A DNA stretch of 64,000 nt. Source: Squalus acanthias. Its lineage: Eukaryota. The position numbers and the translations under genes are program-made. The stretch spans positions 112,406,001 through 112,470,000 of the forward strand of contig CM059434.1 of NCBI GenBank assembly GCA_030390025.1. Direction: 5' to 3'. Below, in pieces: positions 12,850-24,689 of the stretch. The notes under the pieces were generated by a model, which was not told where the DNA came from, did no database searches, and saw only the letters and a program-made list of their open reading frames with translations. Positions within the stretch are counted from its first letter, which is position 1; each line of letters opens with the position of its first letter.

Positions 12850-13092
12850 TCCACTGGCAGGCCGTGCTTTCAGCTGCCAAGGCCCCAAGTTCATGGATTT
12901 TCCCTCCCTAAACCTCTCCACCTCTCTCTCTCCTCCTTTAAGTTGCTCCTTAAAACCTACCTCTTTCACCAAGCTTTTGTCACAGGTCCTAATAGCTCCT
13001 TACATGGCTCTGTCAAATTTTTTCCGATAACGCTCGTGAAGTGCTTTGGGACGCTTTACAATGTTAAAGGTGCTATATAAATGCAAGTTGTG
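12850..13092 (+). mobile_element. L2 LINE 3' UTR fragment
   Basis: Aligns by eye with 1755-2000 (ggccgtgctttcagctgcc..aaaggtgctatataaatgcaagttg). Confidence 0.85.
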
Positions 13093-13117
13093 GTTCCATT
13101 CAAAATAGTTCCTGGTA

Positions 13118-13678
13118 CAGTAAACTCTTTCGTATCCGGCACCTACGGGTCCGGGATGGTGCCGGTTGATTAAAAATTCCAGATAACGGAGAGGTATACC
13201 TACCGAGGCAATTTATATAATCGGCCGAGCTCAGACCAGAAGGGACATGGAGTGACAATGGCCCAAGGTACGAGAGCCCCGTTACACAGCCACAGGTGCA
13301 GGAACCCCGGTTGCACGGCCACAGATCCAGAAGTCCCTGTTACACGGCCACAGGTACAGGGGACCCGGTTACACAACCAGAGGTGCAGGAGCCATGGTTA
13401 CACGGCAAAAGGTACGAGAACCCCGGTTACACAGCCACAAGTATACAGTAAAACTTCCCTTTGGGTTCCTCTTTGGCTGGACGGCCAGCTGATACTGTGC
13501 GGGGAAGATTGCTGCGCCCACAGCGACGGCGGGAACAAGTGGTAAGTCATTCCCCACCATTTTCGGGACACTACTGCCCCGTTCCTTCTGGGGCGGAAGC
13601 CTCAAAATCTACTCCTGAATTTTGCCGGTTATTAAAGAATTCTGGATGATTAAGTGCCGTTTAAACAAGAGTTTACTG
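13118..13678. mobile_element. Tc1/mariner (Tigger/pogo-like) MITE related to 4703-5066
   Basis: TIRs cagtaaactcttt..ccggcac / gtgccg..aagagtttactg, TA flanks, and subterminal gccggtt..ataacggagag shared with the 4703 element. Confidence 0.85.
13252..13447. repeat. 29-bp minisatellite, about 6.7 degenerate units, inside the MITE
   Basis: Unit gttacacagccacaggtgcaggaaccccg, with unit starts at 13281, 13310, 13339, 13368, 13397 and 13426 and a diverged unit before them. Confidence 0.9.
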
Positions 13679-14376
13679 TAGATATGCCAGATGAAGAAAC
13701 AGTAACATGTTGTATTTTTGCATTATGTAACACTATTTTTATTTGGAACGGGAATGAAATTAGTTAGCAGGACTATTATTTACAGAGATAACAAGGCTTA
13801 TTTTTCTGCAGTAAGAAAAATAAGTTAGTAAAATGACAATGGGATATATATTTGATCATCAAAGTCCAACTTGTTTAAAAAAAAACAGCTGTATTTTATA
13901 AAAATTCAGTCCTGAGCAACGTTCATTATGGAACCACTACAGAGCAACTGCACACAGGCAGACATTCCTTGTGTACAGATAAAAGTGGATAATCTATTTT
14001 AAATATGAACTGTCTCCAGATTAGTGTGTGGGGGTGGACAGCAGTCATTTTTGGTTTTAAAATACTGCTTAATGCCATGCAGCTGAAACTGCAACATCTG
14101 CAGCACGGGGCGTCTTACTCTTGCAGAGTTCCCTGTAGCACCGAGATAATAATTAGCTGTTGGCTCCTTCTGTGTTAATTGGTTGATTGTAATTGCGTAC
14201 ACGATCTGGGCCCAATTAACTTCTCACAGCGTGTACAAACCCCATATGAATGTTGTATATAAAGTGGGTATGTTGAGAAATTAAAGCAGTGATAGTTGGG
14301 AAGATTTCATTTTTTGATAAATGAGTAATTAGAAAGAGACAGAAAAGGGAGGACATAGACTCATTTAGAACACATT

Positions 14377-15044
14377 GGCCCAGAAATTCCGTTCGCAGCC
14401 CTCCCGCGGGCGGAGGGCTGCGATCCGGAAAGATCTGCGCCTGGACCAGAGGGCTCCCGGGAGGCGCAGAATTCCGTTGCTGTGCCTCTTCAAACTGCCG
14501 GTGTGCAGGGCACGCGTATCCCAGGGGCGCAGGCGGATCGCAGCATCCCTGGGATCACGTGGGCCATGGGGAGCCAATCAGAGCAGGGAATCTCCATTCA
14601 TAGATTTGACAGGAAGACCTGTCAAATCTATGAATAGAGATCAGCCCCAAAACATAAGTAAAACATCAAATAAATTTTTTTAAAATCACATTTTTAAAAT
14701 GACTATAAATTACATAAATTAACTATTTTAAACAAAAATTTTAATTTTTGAAAAAAATTAAAGTTTTTAACGGGGCTAAACTTTCTCAAACTATTAGCCT
14801 GCTAAAAGCAGGCCTTGCGCCTGCTTTTCTAGGCGCAGCTGTTCCCGACTTACCTGGACTCAAGCCAGTGTGGAAAAAACTGAAGTTTCTAACGTATGCG
14901 CTGCCTATCCGGCGCAGGCGTTTGTCCAGTGAAGCCCTTTCTGCAGAGAACGGAAGTGCCAGTTTCCAGCGCATGCGCAGTGCATGCGTAAAACTGGCAC
15001 TTCCATTGGCCCTACACACCCGTAGGGAACGGAATTTCTAGGCC
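14377..15044. mobile_element. PIF/Harbinger-type non-autonomous element (MITE)
   Basis: TIRs ggcccagaaattccgttc / gaacggaatttctaggcc, 3-bp TSD ATT (14374-76 and 15045-47). A second family member lies at 61401-62142. Confidence 0.88.
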
Positions 15045-16470
15045 ATTGTGAAGTATCTGTATACTACAGCATCTCAGTAACAGTAGAGAGTGAATATCCA
15101 GGTCAAAAAGTGGTGAAATATAGGAATTAAATCACACAAGAACAAGAAAAGATTAAGAGTGAAGGACGTCGAGTTCACAGTCACTTAAATCCATATTCAG
15201 GATTGTCAACTTTCTCCTATTGGGAAATCTCAAGCTGACCAGATTGATTCTACACTCATATCATAATCGCAGAATATAGTTCATTTACACTGTATATCAA
15301 GCTATTTTTTTTTTTAAAAAGTTCAATTCTATCGTGTTTGTAGCATTCTTTGCTACATGGAAACAGGATGATTGGGCAGTTGACTATATAAATGATGCAG
15401 ATGGTTATAGACCAGTGGAACAACATTCCTCAGTCTGGGATTTGTGGGGTTCACTATTTTCATCAGGAACCTTTAAAAGGCAGAGGCAGAAAAACACCAA
15501 ATGTGAGATAGGGCCGGTAGAGAGAGTGAGAAAGACGAATGCAAAGACGGAACAAACCAGCCAGGAAGCGACAGTGCCACGAAGGAGAGAGACAAGTTGG
15601 GTGTTAGGCAAATGGTGACAGGAATAGAGTGTAGGAAGTACAGGGCCAAAGGAGATTAAACTGTTCCAGAAATAGTGCACAAGACTAATAAAACATCACA
15701 TCCTTTGTGCTGATCACATAATGTCAATGTGAATTTCTAAGGGAATGATCTGTTAAATTGTTTTAAAATCATTTCCCAGCTTCGCAAAGAGATGTAGACA
15801 ATAGAACAATCAAATCCAGTTCTCTTCAGTTGATTTTTTTTATATATGAAAAGCCAAAGTTGGAGCAATTGAAAACATCTGGTGATTGGCCAACATTTTT
15901 GAGCCTCCAGGAACCAAGCCTGACTGAAAAATTTCCCAAATAGGCGACAACTTTGAAAGTTGGTTGGTGCAAGCCAATAAAATAAGGGTTCTTTTAAACT
16001 GCAGTGCAAAATAAGACACCTGGAAATTATTAGAAAAGGGATGTATTAAAAAAATGCCAAGGAGGAATGTTAAAAGTAAACCTTTGAGCCATAGTATAAA
16101 CGGCAGTTATGTGACATTGGCCTGATCAGGTCTCCAGTCTGTTCAACATTCTGTGCTAAAATCTGTAACAGTCGTGAATATGAAGTCAAATCTATAGAAA
16201 ATCACCCAACTACATATTTTGGAAAAAGTTAAACCCCCATTGCAGTAAGATACATAATTTGAAGGTTGCAATAAATTGTATTACGAGTGCAGGTAGACAA
16301 GGCCATAATAAAAGCCAATAGAATTTAGTGTTTTATAAATAGAAGCACAGAGTACAAGGGGAAAGTAGTAATGATGAATTTAAGCAAAACATTGGTTAGG
16401 CCCCATTTGGGCACCCTATTATAGAAAGGATACTAAAGCAATAGGCACACGATGATGCCAGGGAAACCAT

Positions 16471-18095
16471 GTGGGGAATTTTTCAGGGGGGGGGGGGGGG
16501 GGGGCACATTTGATGGCGGGTTGGGTGGGGAAAAAAATGTTTTAACAGCGGGTAGGTAACCCGGGGGAGACAATTTAGATTATTAAGAGATGAAGAGGCA
16601 CTTAAATACTATTTTAAGCTTACCTTTCAATTTTACCAGTTCCCCCACGGCTACCCGCTGCTCGGGGATCAAGTCAGGTAAGGAGGTCGGGAGTTGTGTC
16701 AGCATGGGATGATTTCTTAACTTGACAGCTGCAAATGGTGTATAAAAGCTCCCATTTCATAGCTGTTCACTTTCCAAGGTTAGAAGCTGTTGCTTACTGC
16801 ATTTGGAAGACAGATTGAGCTTTCTGCAGCTTGCACGTGTTTGGAGTAAACTCCCTATCCAGTGTCACCTCACTGGAACAACCTCTCTCACCATTCACAG
16901 ATTGCTTCCGTCATCTCAAGTTCACCTGCCATCTATTCCATCAGCATCAGTACCCTTGGTCCTCAGAATCCCACCACGATCAGCCCCAACACCAGCAGCA
17001 CCAACCTTCTCCACAATCAACTGATGTTGCACAGGACATCAGCAACCAACCACATTGATGTCAGGGATGACCTCACCATAGCCAGATTTACTTCACTTGA
17101 CGCTGTACACCCTGGCTGCCACATGATGCACCAGGTTGGCACCACCCCACACCAACACCATAAAGAATCACGACAATGCCCAAGCCATTCCTTTCACACT
17201 CATGACCATTGTGGGGGGTACCGTTATGTCTCACCATTCACTGCAACTCACTAAGCCACTTCCAAAGGTGCACACAAATCTGTCCAAGAACGCAAAGTGT
17301 TGAAAATGAAGGTTTCAATGTTTGACACCACATTAACAGAAACTTCACATGAACATTGGCTAAAACACCCAAGTGCCTACCCTTGTGTGTTGTTAGTTGG
17401 TATGATTGCACTAGGATGAGGGTGAGTGTGAGGGGTGGCTAGTGAGATGGGGAAGGTGATAATGTAGATAGAGAGGGATGAGTGGAGGTGCAAGGTAAGT
17501 TGGTGTGAATAAGGGAAGGCAGAGTGATGGGGATGTGATGAGTGGCAGAGCAGGATGAGGTTGAGTGTGGCTTTGCAGTAACGTTTTGTGATCTACTGAG
17601 ATCATTGAAAGGTTTGTGCCACTGCAGCCAGGTCCTCCTAACAACATCCCTGCTGTGGTCCTCCTGTGCAATGTGCAACCAGGCTGCGTTGGTGTCCTGG
17701 GGAGGTCTCTTCCACCCATTGGAAGGGAAGAGGACCTCCCGGCGTGCTGTGACTCTCTCCATAAGCATATGGAGGGAGTCATGGGAGAGTTTGGGTGCAG
17801 CCGTGCACCTCTGTGCAGTGCTCGTCAGTGTTTGTAGCACCTCAATGCTGTAGAACACAGACAGCACAACTGTCAAAAATCAATTTGCGCACGGTCCCTT
17901 TAAGGAAACCGGCTGATGACGTGTCACCAAATGACATCATCAGACTGGCTTCCTTCAATTGGCTGGGAAACACGTTGGGCGGGCTGAACAAGCCCAATCA
18001 ACGTAAAATCATTCCACAGAGCGGGCTGGAGCCAGCAGCGGGGTCGCACTCTGCCACCGACCCCGACCACGCCGAGGTAGGCGAAATCGCGGCCC
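16471..18095. mobile_element. Internally deleted PIF/Harbinger DNA transposon
   Basis: Interrupts a CR1; right end ..cgaaatcgcggccc, left end degenerate; contains an antisense Myb/SANT-like ORF remnant typical of Harbinger ORF2. Confidence 0.72.
17589..17801 (-). pseudogene. Harbinger Myb/SANT-like DNA-binding protein remnant (NAIF1/MSANTD-like domain)
   Basis: AAPKLSHDSLHMLMERVTARREVLFPSNGWKRPPQDTNAAWLHIAQEDHSRDVVRRTWLQWHKPFNDLSRS fits the F(S)..L..L...V..R..VLF..AW..IA..RT..Q..K.FNDL pattern. Confidence 0.8.
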
Positions 18096-19236
18096 ATAGT
18101 TATGAAGGGAGTCTTGAGATACTGGGACTATTTGTACTGGAGCAGAGACAGTCAAGAGGAGATTTAATAGAAATATTTTAAAATCATGAAGGGTTTCAAT
18201 TATTTTAAAATACAGATCGAATAGGGAAAAACTATTTCCTCTAGTTGGCGAGACAGTGATGAAAGATCATCCATTTAAAATCATGATGGAACTGAGGAGA
18301 CGGTTTAGGAGGAATTTCTTCACACAGAGGGTCATATTAATGTAGAATGTTTACTGGGAGTGGTTGAGGCAGAGACCACTGCATCTTTTAAGAGAAAATT
18401 GGATACGTATCTGAAGCAGAAAGAGGCAAGAGGCTTTGGGGAGCGAGCAGGGCAGTGCAATTAGTTTTGGATTGCTCTCGCAAAAGGGCCAGTATAGACA
18501 CAATGGGCCGAATGACCACCTGCTGTGCTGTAAATAAATTTCTCTGTCCCAGATTTGTTTCATGCTGGTTAAAGGATGTGCATATTCCAGATACTGATTA
18601 CACACAAGCCTGTCTCAAATGTTTTCCAGAAAAGTAAGTACAACGGAAGATGACACCAGTTCCTGCCGAGAACAGTTGTGATTAAATGAAGAACAGAGAG
18701 ATCTACGCCAACTCTGCTAAACATTTCACAATCACTTGGCTCACAATATTCCTAATTTATGGCCAAAATGTTTGAGCATACTCTTTACCCCACTTGTCTT
18801 CGAATCAAAGACTTTGGATACAGAAAATATCTTGCCCCTCATCACGACCACACGTGTCTGTCTGTACCTGCATTATCTTTTCTAATGTTTGATTCAGGAT
18901 CTTTTCTTCCAACTCACAATTACTGCCCAGAAACACTGCAAATTTTGTAAGATTGGAGTATTTTTTTTTTCCCCTGACGACAGAAACCTGCAGTCAAGCA
19001 GGGGAAATGAGAAATAGCTAAAAGGAAAACATATCACAAGATTGGAAGAAAATGCAAGAGCAAGTGAGATTGATTGATTTTGGAGACAGGAAGAGAAGCT
19101 GCTTTACTTTTGGGGTCAGGACTCATTAACTGGGCTCCAGGCATTTGCATGGCTAAATTTGCTTCCTTAATCCTGGTAGCAGAGTCACAGACCCATGAAA
19201 AAACACATTTAGTGTAAACACTGATTGCAGTTCATG

Positions 19237-19300
19237 TGGGGGGGGGGGGGGGGGGGGAAGAAAGGGAGCAAGAATGGAGGAGGAAGGAAGGTAAATTGGA

Positions 19301-19346
<46 letters not shown>
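19237..19346. repeat. Poly-G run and (GA)n microsatellite
   Basis: G-run at ~19238-19257 and (GA)n at ~19309-19345, seen directly. Confidence 0.95.
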
Positions 19347-19350
<4 letters not shown>

Positions 19351-19572
19351 ATACACAACCACCAATTTTACGTTAACTGTGCACAAAGCAGTTATTCATC
19401 AAATTGGAAAATATGAATAGGATTCCTTAAACTTATGTGCTCTGTAAAGCTAGTTTGTTATCTAATCCAAATAAATGTGTGCTCTTACAAATGGAGAGCT
19501 CACAAATCAATGTCTCACATCCACGCTGACTTTCATTACCTATGAGCTATGCATGTTTGACACCAGCAAGAG

Positions 19573-19680
19573 ATCGGGCGGGAAAGTGGAGTTGAGGTAG
19601 AAGATCAGCCATGATCTTATTGAATGGTGGAGCAGGCACGAGAAGCCGTATGGCCTACTCCTGCTCCTAATTCTTATGTA
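19573..19680 (+). mobile_element. CR1/HER1 3' tail fragment
   Basis: gggcgggaaagtggagttgagg..gatcagccatgatcttattgaatgg..cctactcctgctcctaattcttatgta matches 455-560. Confidence 0.85.
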
Positions 19681-20589
19681 CGGGAACTTCACCAAGAATA
19701 GCATTAAAAAACAATTAGCACTGGTTACTTACGTTGCAAAATGGACTGGACCTTGTGAGCTCCTGGACATTGGAAACATCTTATTCAGGCAGCAAGCGTT
19801 ATCCAAGCAAAATATCTCAATTTCAACTAAATTGACTTTTAAAGGGAAGTGTTGCTCAGGGCATTCAATTCAACCCTATAATGACTTACTTCAATTTACA
19901 GTTTTAATTTTAGTTTAATATTTTTGCGTTGTTAATTGAGATCAAAATTTGGTTTGGATGTTGCAAACGACAAATTGTTGCTAAATTGCCTGAAATTCAA
20001 AATTCTCAAAGTCGAGAATTTCATGGTTCTCCGTTTACCAGGTCAGTGTGATTATCCCAGTTGATTATCCAACATGTCTAAATCTGTGACCAGACAAAAT
20101 ACTGGTTTCTTGTGCTTACTAACTTTCTCCATTTATTTATTAATTCTTGTCTTAATAAGACAGATTGGAGAATGTGCCATCTCCTAGCTCATGTGAAATG
20201 ATTTAATGCCTTCTGGTGATCTACACAGATAGTTGTACGTACAATTATAATTTACAGGCTAATTGAGAGTTACATCTATAGGGCCTGACTATCCTTCACT
20301 GCAGTGCAATGGGTGATCAATTTTCGGAAGTTTAATCAACATCTTCAAATATTTGAAAACTACTATTGCATAATATCGACAATTTATTTAAAACAGCAAC
20401 AACAATTTTAATGTTCACACCATATTACATTTGTCACCAATAGCAGACAATATATTAAGTAAACCAGGAATCCAAGGTTGTAAGGATGTGGAGAAAACCC
20501 AGCACCAAAAGTACTGGATACATTTTTTTTGGGGGGGGGGGGGGGGGGGGGGGGGAGAGAAGAGAGAAACTTGAGCAAGATAACTTGCA

Positions 20590-20826
20590 ACATTTTTCCC
20601 TCTGCTGTCCTGAAGGTGGTCCCCATTATGGGATACAGTTCGACAGGTGCCAGCAGCCCTCTAGCACCTCACCCAAGTGGCCTTTCTCCATATGAAAGCC
20701 TGGACAGCACATACTACAAGCAATTTGACTCCAGGGAGGGATAATGGCCGTACTCAATCGACCTCACTCCTCACCATAGTGGAGACCAGCAAGGGCAACT
20801 GGAACACCTCTACTGCCACCCTGCCA
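20590..20826 (-). mobile_element. Degenerate SINE fragment, same family as 42070-42392
   Basis: Shares the core acctcacccaagtggcctttctccatatgaaagcctggacag with accttaaccgattgccattcttcatgtacgagcccaggcag at ~42108. Confidence 0.5.
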
Positions 20827-21469
20827 TATTTTCAATGGTTCTATACTTTAAGATAGGAACATGTTGTAGATAATTGAATCAGATTTGGGGGCAAATATTC
20901 CTCCTGCTGCTCAAATAATTAGTTGGGAAAGATATTCTTAATCATCGAGAAATCCAAGGTCCACAAAAACAATTTTCTTCATGAAGCCTCGAGTCTGATA
21001 AGTCAGTTATAATAACTAGTAAATTGCTTTTCCCCCAAACAGATTCAGCACCATCTCTCGTGGGATTTAAAAAAACTTCCTGGGACTGCTTGGTATTGGG
21101 CATGCTATTACTTGAAGTACCCTTCTCCCCGCGACTTCAATGCTTCCATAAATCAGTCTGGTTTTTCCTTCATTAGTTTACTCCCTTGGTTTGCACTGCA
21201 TCATTATGAATGTAACTAAATCTGAAATGGATGACCAGGAGGAAGACAGATGTCATACCCTGTTGTGCAACAGCAGCATCTGTAAATACGCCCATTTTCA
21301 TAAACTTCTTCAGACTCTTCTCACACCCTGCAGTACAAGGGTCTTACATTTGGAAATATAAGCACAATGACAAGGCCACAATACAATCATACAGCAAAAT
21401 ATCTCCAATCATAATTTTCTTACTAGCTCCCTTCCCTCCACTTGCTAGGATCAGAGCAAAACATAAACA

Positions 21470-21672
21470 CAAGAACATAACGAACAGAAGAAACTGGAGC
21501 AGGAGTAAGCCATTTGGCTCCGCCATTCAATAAGATCACCTTCCCTCACTATCCCCATATCCCTTGGTTCCCTTAGTATCCAAAAATCTATCGATCTCTT
21601 GTCTTGAATACACTCAGTAACTGAGCATCCACAGCCTTCTGAGGTAGAGAATTCCAAAGATTCACAACCCTT
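21470..21672 (-). mobile_element. CR1/HER1 3' fragment
   Basis: aagaacataa..ggagcaggagtaagccatt..agaattccaaagattcacaaccct is the reverse complement of the CR1 3' end. Confidence 0.88.
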
Positions 21673-21998
21673 AGGCGCCCGCCCATGGAAATTTGTTTTT
21701 TTTTTAAATGGGAAGACATTATTCCACATTGTGAATATTTTAGTCTATGCTGATTAAACATTGCAACATCAAAATAATAAGTTTATTTCCAACTTGTTTT
21801 CCTTTTCCCAGAACACACTGAATTATAAGTTTATTCACTGATCTTCAGTTCTGTTGAATATTCAATCACTGAAAATGACAATTTTGGTGAAAACACCCTG
21901 GTCAGTGCAGCATACTGATAATTCAGTCATTTCTTCTGCTTAAAAAAATTGAGAAGTCGCACAACACCAGGTTATAGTCCAACAGTTTTAGATAATTA

Positions 21999-22036
21999 TT
22001 ACGAGCTTTCGGAGCTGCTGCCCCTTCGTCAGGTAA
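21999..22036 (-). ncRNA. Minimal hammerhead ribozyme motif (inverted arm)
   Basis: Reverse complement reads TTAC-CTGACGA-A-GGGGC-agca-GCTCC-GAAA-GCT-C-GTAA. Confidence 0.75.
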
Positions 22037-22464
22037 AGGTACAGTGAGGGAATCTATTACACAGTATATATACACAGAGCAATTTGTCTGCAGAGATACA
22101 GTCTGTTAGGGAGGCATTACATCAAAGACACATCAGAGTACAGCTAAGACAATGAGGTGGGTCACAGGGGGTCCAACGTGTCAAATGCTGCCGTCTGCAG
22201 TTGAGCTTTTAACTTTTTTTTTGTTGGTTTTTTTTTGGTGTTTTTTTTTTAAACTGGAAAGACAGACAACGATGTCGAGTCACGTTCTGTAGCGTGACAT
22301 GAACCCGAGATCCCTATTGAGGCCGTCCTCATGGGTGCAGAACTTGGCTATCAGTTTCTGCTCGATGATTTTGCGTTGTCGTGTGTCTCGAAGGCCGCCT
22401 TGGAGAACGCTAACCCGCAGATCCGAGGCTGAATGTCCTTGACTGCTGAAGTGTTCCCCGACGG

Positions 22465-23153
22465 GCCACAGCGAAAAACCGCATAGACCTCCTCAGAAGG
22501 CGAACACGGGACACAACCAACAGAGTACCCTACGTCGTCCAGTACTTCCCCGGAGCGGAGAAACTACGCCATGTTCTTCGCAGCCTTCAACATGTCATCG
22601 ATGACGACGAACACCTTGCTAAGGCCATCCCCACGCCTCCACTACTCGCCTTCAAGCAGCCGCCTAACCTCAAAAGTACCATCGTTCGCAGCAAATTACC
22701 CAGCTGTCAGGAGAACAGCGACCACGACACCACACAACCCTGCCACGGCAACCTCGGCAAGACATGTCAGATCATCAACACAGATACCATCACCACATGT
22801 GAGGACACTACCCACCAGGTACATGGTACATACTCATGTGACTCGGCCAACGTTGTCTACCTCATACTTTGCAGGAAAGGATGCCCCGGAGCATGGTACA
22901 TCGGCGAGACCATGCAGACACTGAGACAACGTATGAACGGACACCGCGCAACAATCGCCAGGCAGGATTGTTACCTCCCAGTCGGGGAACACTTCAGCAG
23001 TCAAGGACATTCAGCCTCGGATCTGCGGGTTAGCGTTCTCCAAGGCGGCCTTCGAGACACAAAATCATCGAGCAGAAACTGATAGCCAAGTTCCGCACCC
23101 ATGAGGACGGCCTCAATAGGGATCTCGGGTTCATGTCACGCTACAGAACGTGA
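22465..23153 (+). pseudogene. Penelope ORF C-terminus: RT thumb end, Cys linker and GIY-YIG endonuclease
   Basis: Translates ..PPLLAFKQPPNLKSTIVRSKL..QPCHGNLGKTC..SCDSANVVYLILCRKGCPGAWYIGETMQTLRQRMNGH..PVGEHFS..EQKLIAKFRTHEDGLNRD..SRYRT*. A 10-bp deletion at ~23060, visible against the inverted arm, shifts the frame. Confidence 0.92.
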
Positions 23154-23395
23154 CTCGACATCGTTGTCTGTCTTTCCAGTTTAAAAAAAAACACCAAAAA
23201 AAACAACAACAAAAAAGTTAAAAGCTCAACTGCGGACGGCAGCATTTGACACGTTGGACCCCCTGTGACCCACCTCATTGTTTTAGCTGTACTCTGATGT
23301 GTCTTTGATGTAATGCCTCCCTAACAGACTGTATCTCTGCAGACAAATTGCTCTCTGTGTATATATACTGTGTAATAGATTCCCTCACTGTACCT

Positions 23396-23433
23396 TTACC
23401 TGACGAAGGGGCAGCAGCTCCGAAAGCTCGTAA
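23396..23433 (+). ncRNA. Minimal type I hammerhead ribozyme motif
   Basis: Stem I TTAC/GTAA, core CTGACGA, stem II GGGGC/GCTCC, GAAA, palindromic AGCT stem III, cleavage triplet CUC. Confidence 0.78.
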
Positions 23434-24689
23434 TTTTAAATAAAACTGTTGGACTATAACCTGGTGTTGTGCGACTTCTCATTTTTGTCCACCCCAGTCC
23501 AACACCGGCATCTCCGCATCATAAAAAAATTGAGTTATTCAATAGACTGTGTTGGAAGACAAATGTACCTCAGTATGATGCAGTAAAATGGTCAAGGAAA
23601 TTTATAGAATATCCAGAATGTCAGGACTGGACAATCCATTTTAGGTAACTGACCAGCGCATACAATTTTTCAACAAGACTTCTCAGTGCTGATCGCTGTG
23701 GTTCTGAAATCAATAGTTAATGCAGTAGGCTAGTTACAAGGTGTGAAAATTAAGGTCACTAAGTAGAACGGATTCATTACTCAGCTACCGTGTAAACTCA
23801 AAGTAAGCAGTTACTGGAGTGCAAAATCTTCCTGCCTCTATACAACTTGGATTTCTTTTTCCCCATTTGTGTGATGCATTTTCTCTGCAGCTATCCTAAT
23901 GTCATGAAGTAAAACTAGATGCACCCAATCGAGAGAGTGAAGACATCCCTCTTCCTCAAAACAGGCATTTCTATTTTTCAGGACTAAAATAAATTTGTAG
24001 CAGTTTGCTGGAGTCCACATAAAGCACTCTCGGGTCAGGCCCTGGAAAACCAGTTAGAAAAAGGAATAAAACAAAACGTCCTATGCAAATTTCCCCAACA
24101 CATGAAAAACCAACCTCTTGTCGGTAAACAGTCAAAATCAACTTCGCTCTTCATTTGTTTTTCTACTCGGTCAAAAACATCAAATATTAAAAGTCCTAAA
24201 ATTTGTGCTCAAGCAAAACAGCACCCCCAACTTCCAGCAGCAGGAAATTTCAAAAATTGATTTTAACTCAACAAAAGTACACACTTTCAATTCATGAAAA
24301 GTACTGAGAAAATATTTATTCAATGTGCAATAGGAGCAGTTTTTCCACACACAATGCAACATTTCAGCACGATAATGGAGACGTTCAAAAACGTAAGTGA
24401 CACCATGAAGTAAGAATAATCAAATCTAATCCGGAAAAGCAAATAGCCACATCCACCATGTAGGTCAAAGGAAAATTCTTAATGGGCAGGAAATCACTGC
24501 AATTCGTATCATCTGCTATTAATCACTACAAAAAAATGTGTTGCTACTCTGAAATGCTCATCTGTATTATGCAACACTACACACAAATTAAACTGGACAG
24601 CTGAATGTCTTTTTAAAAGGAGCAGGTAAACATTTTCCATTGTGTGTTTTGGAGACCAAATACTTTGTTCTTGAAAATAAACAGGAATT

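Larger units (their letters stand above)
16290..18535 (+). mobile_element. Old CR1 3' fragment split by a Harbinger insertion (pieces ~16290-16470 and 18096-18535)
   Basis: Left piece ..aaaacattggttaggcccc..gatgatgccaggga continues as atagttatgaagg..ctgggactatttgtactggagcagagac..gggccgaatgaccacctgctgtgctgtaa. Confidence 0.75.
21951..23521 (+). mobile_element. Penelope-like element (Neptune type), 5'-truncated, with inverted pLTR arm (fold-back)
   Basis: Arm 21951-22462 is the reverse complement of 22981-23480; ~40-nt unpaired 3' tail; 13-bp TSD taaaaaaattgag (21941-53 and 23522-34); encodes a GIY-YIG endonuclease. Confidence 0.95.

Noticed and set aside
13252-13447. 29-bp repeat array as a CRISPR array
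   Set aside because: Units are contiguous and degenerate with no unique spacers, there are no cas genes, the context is eukaryotic, and the array lies inside a MITE.
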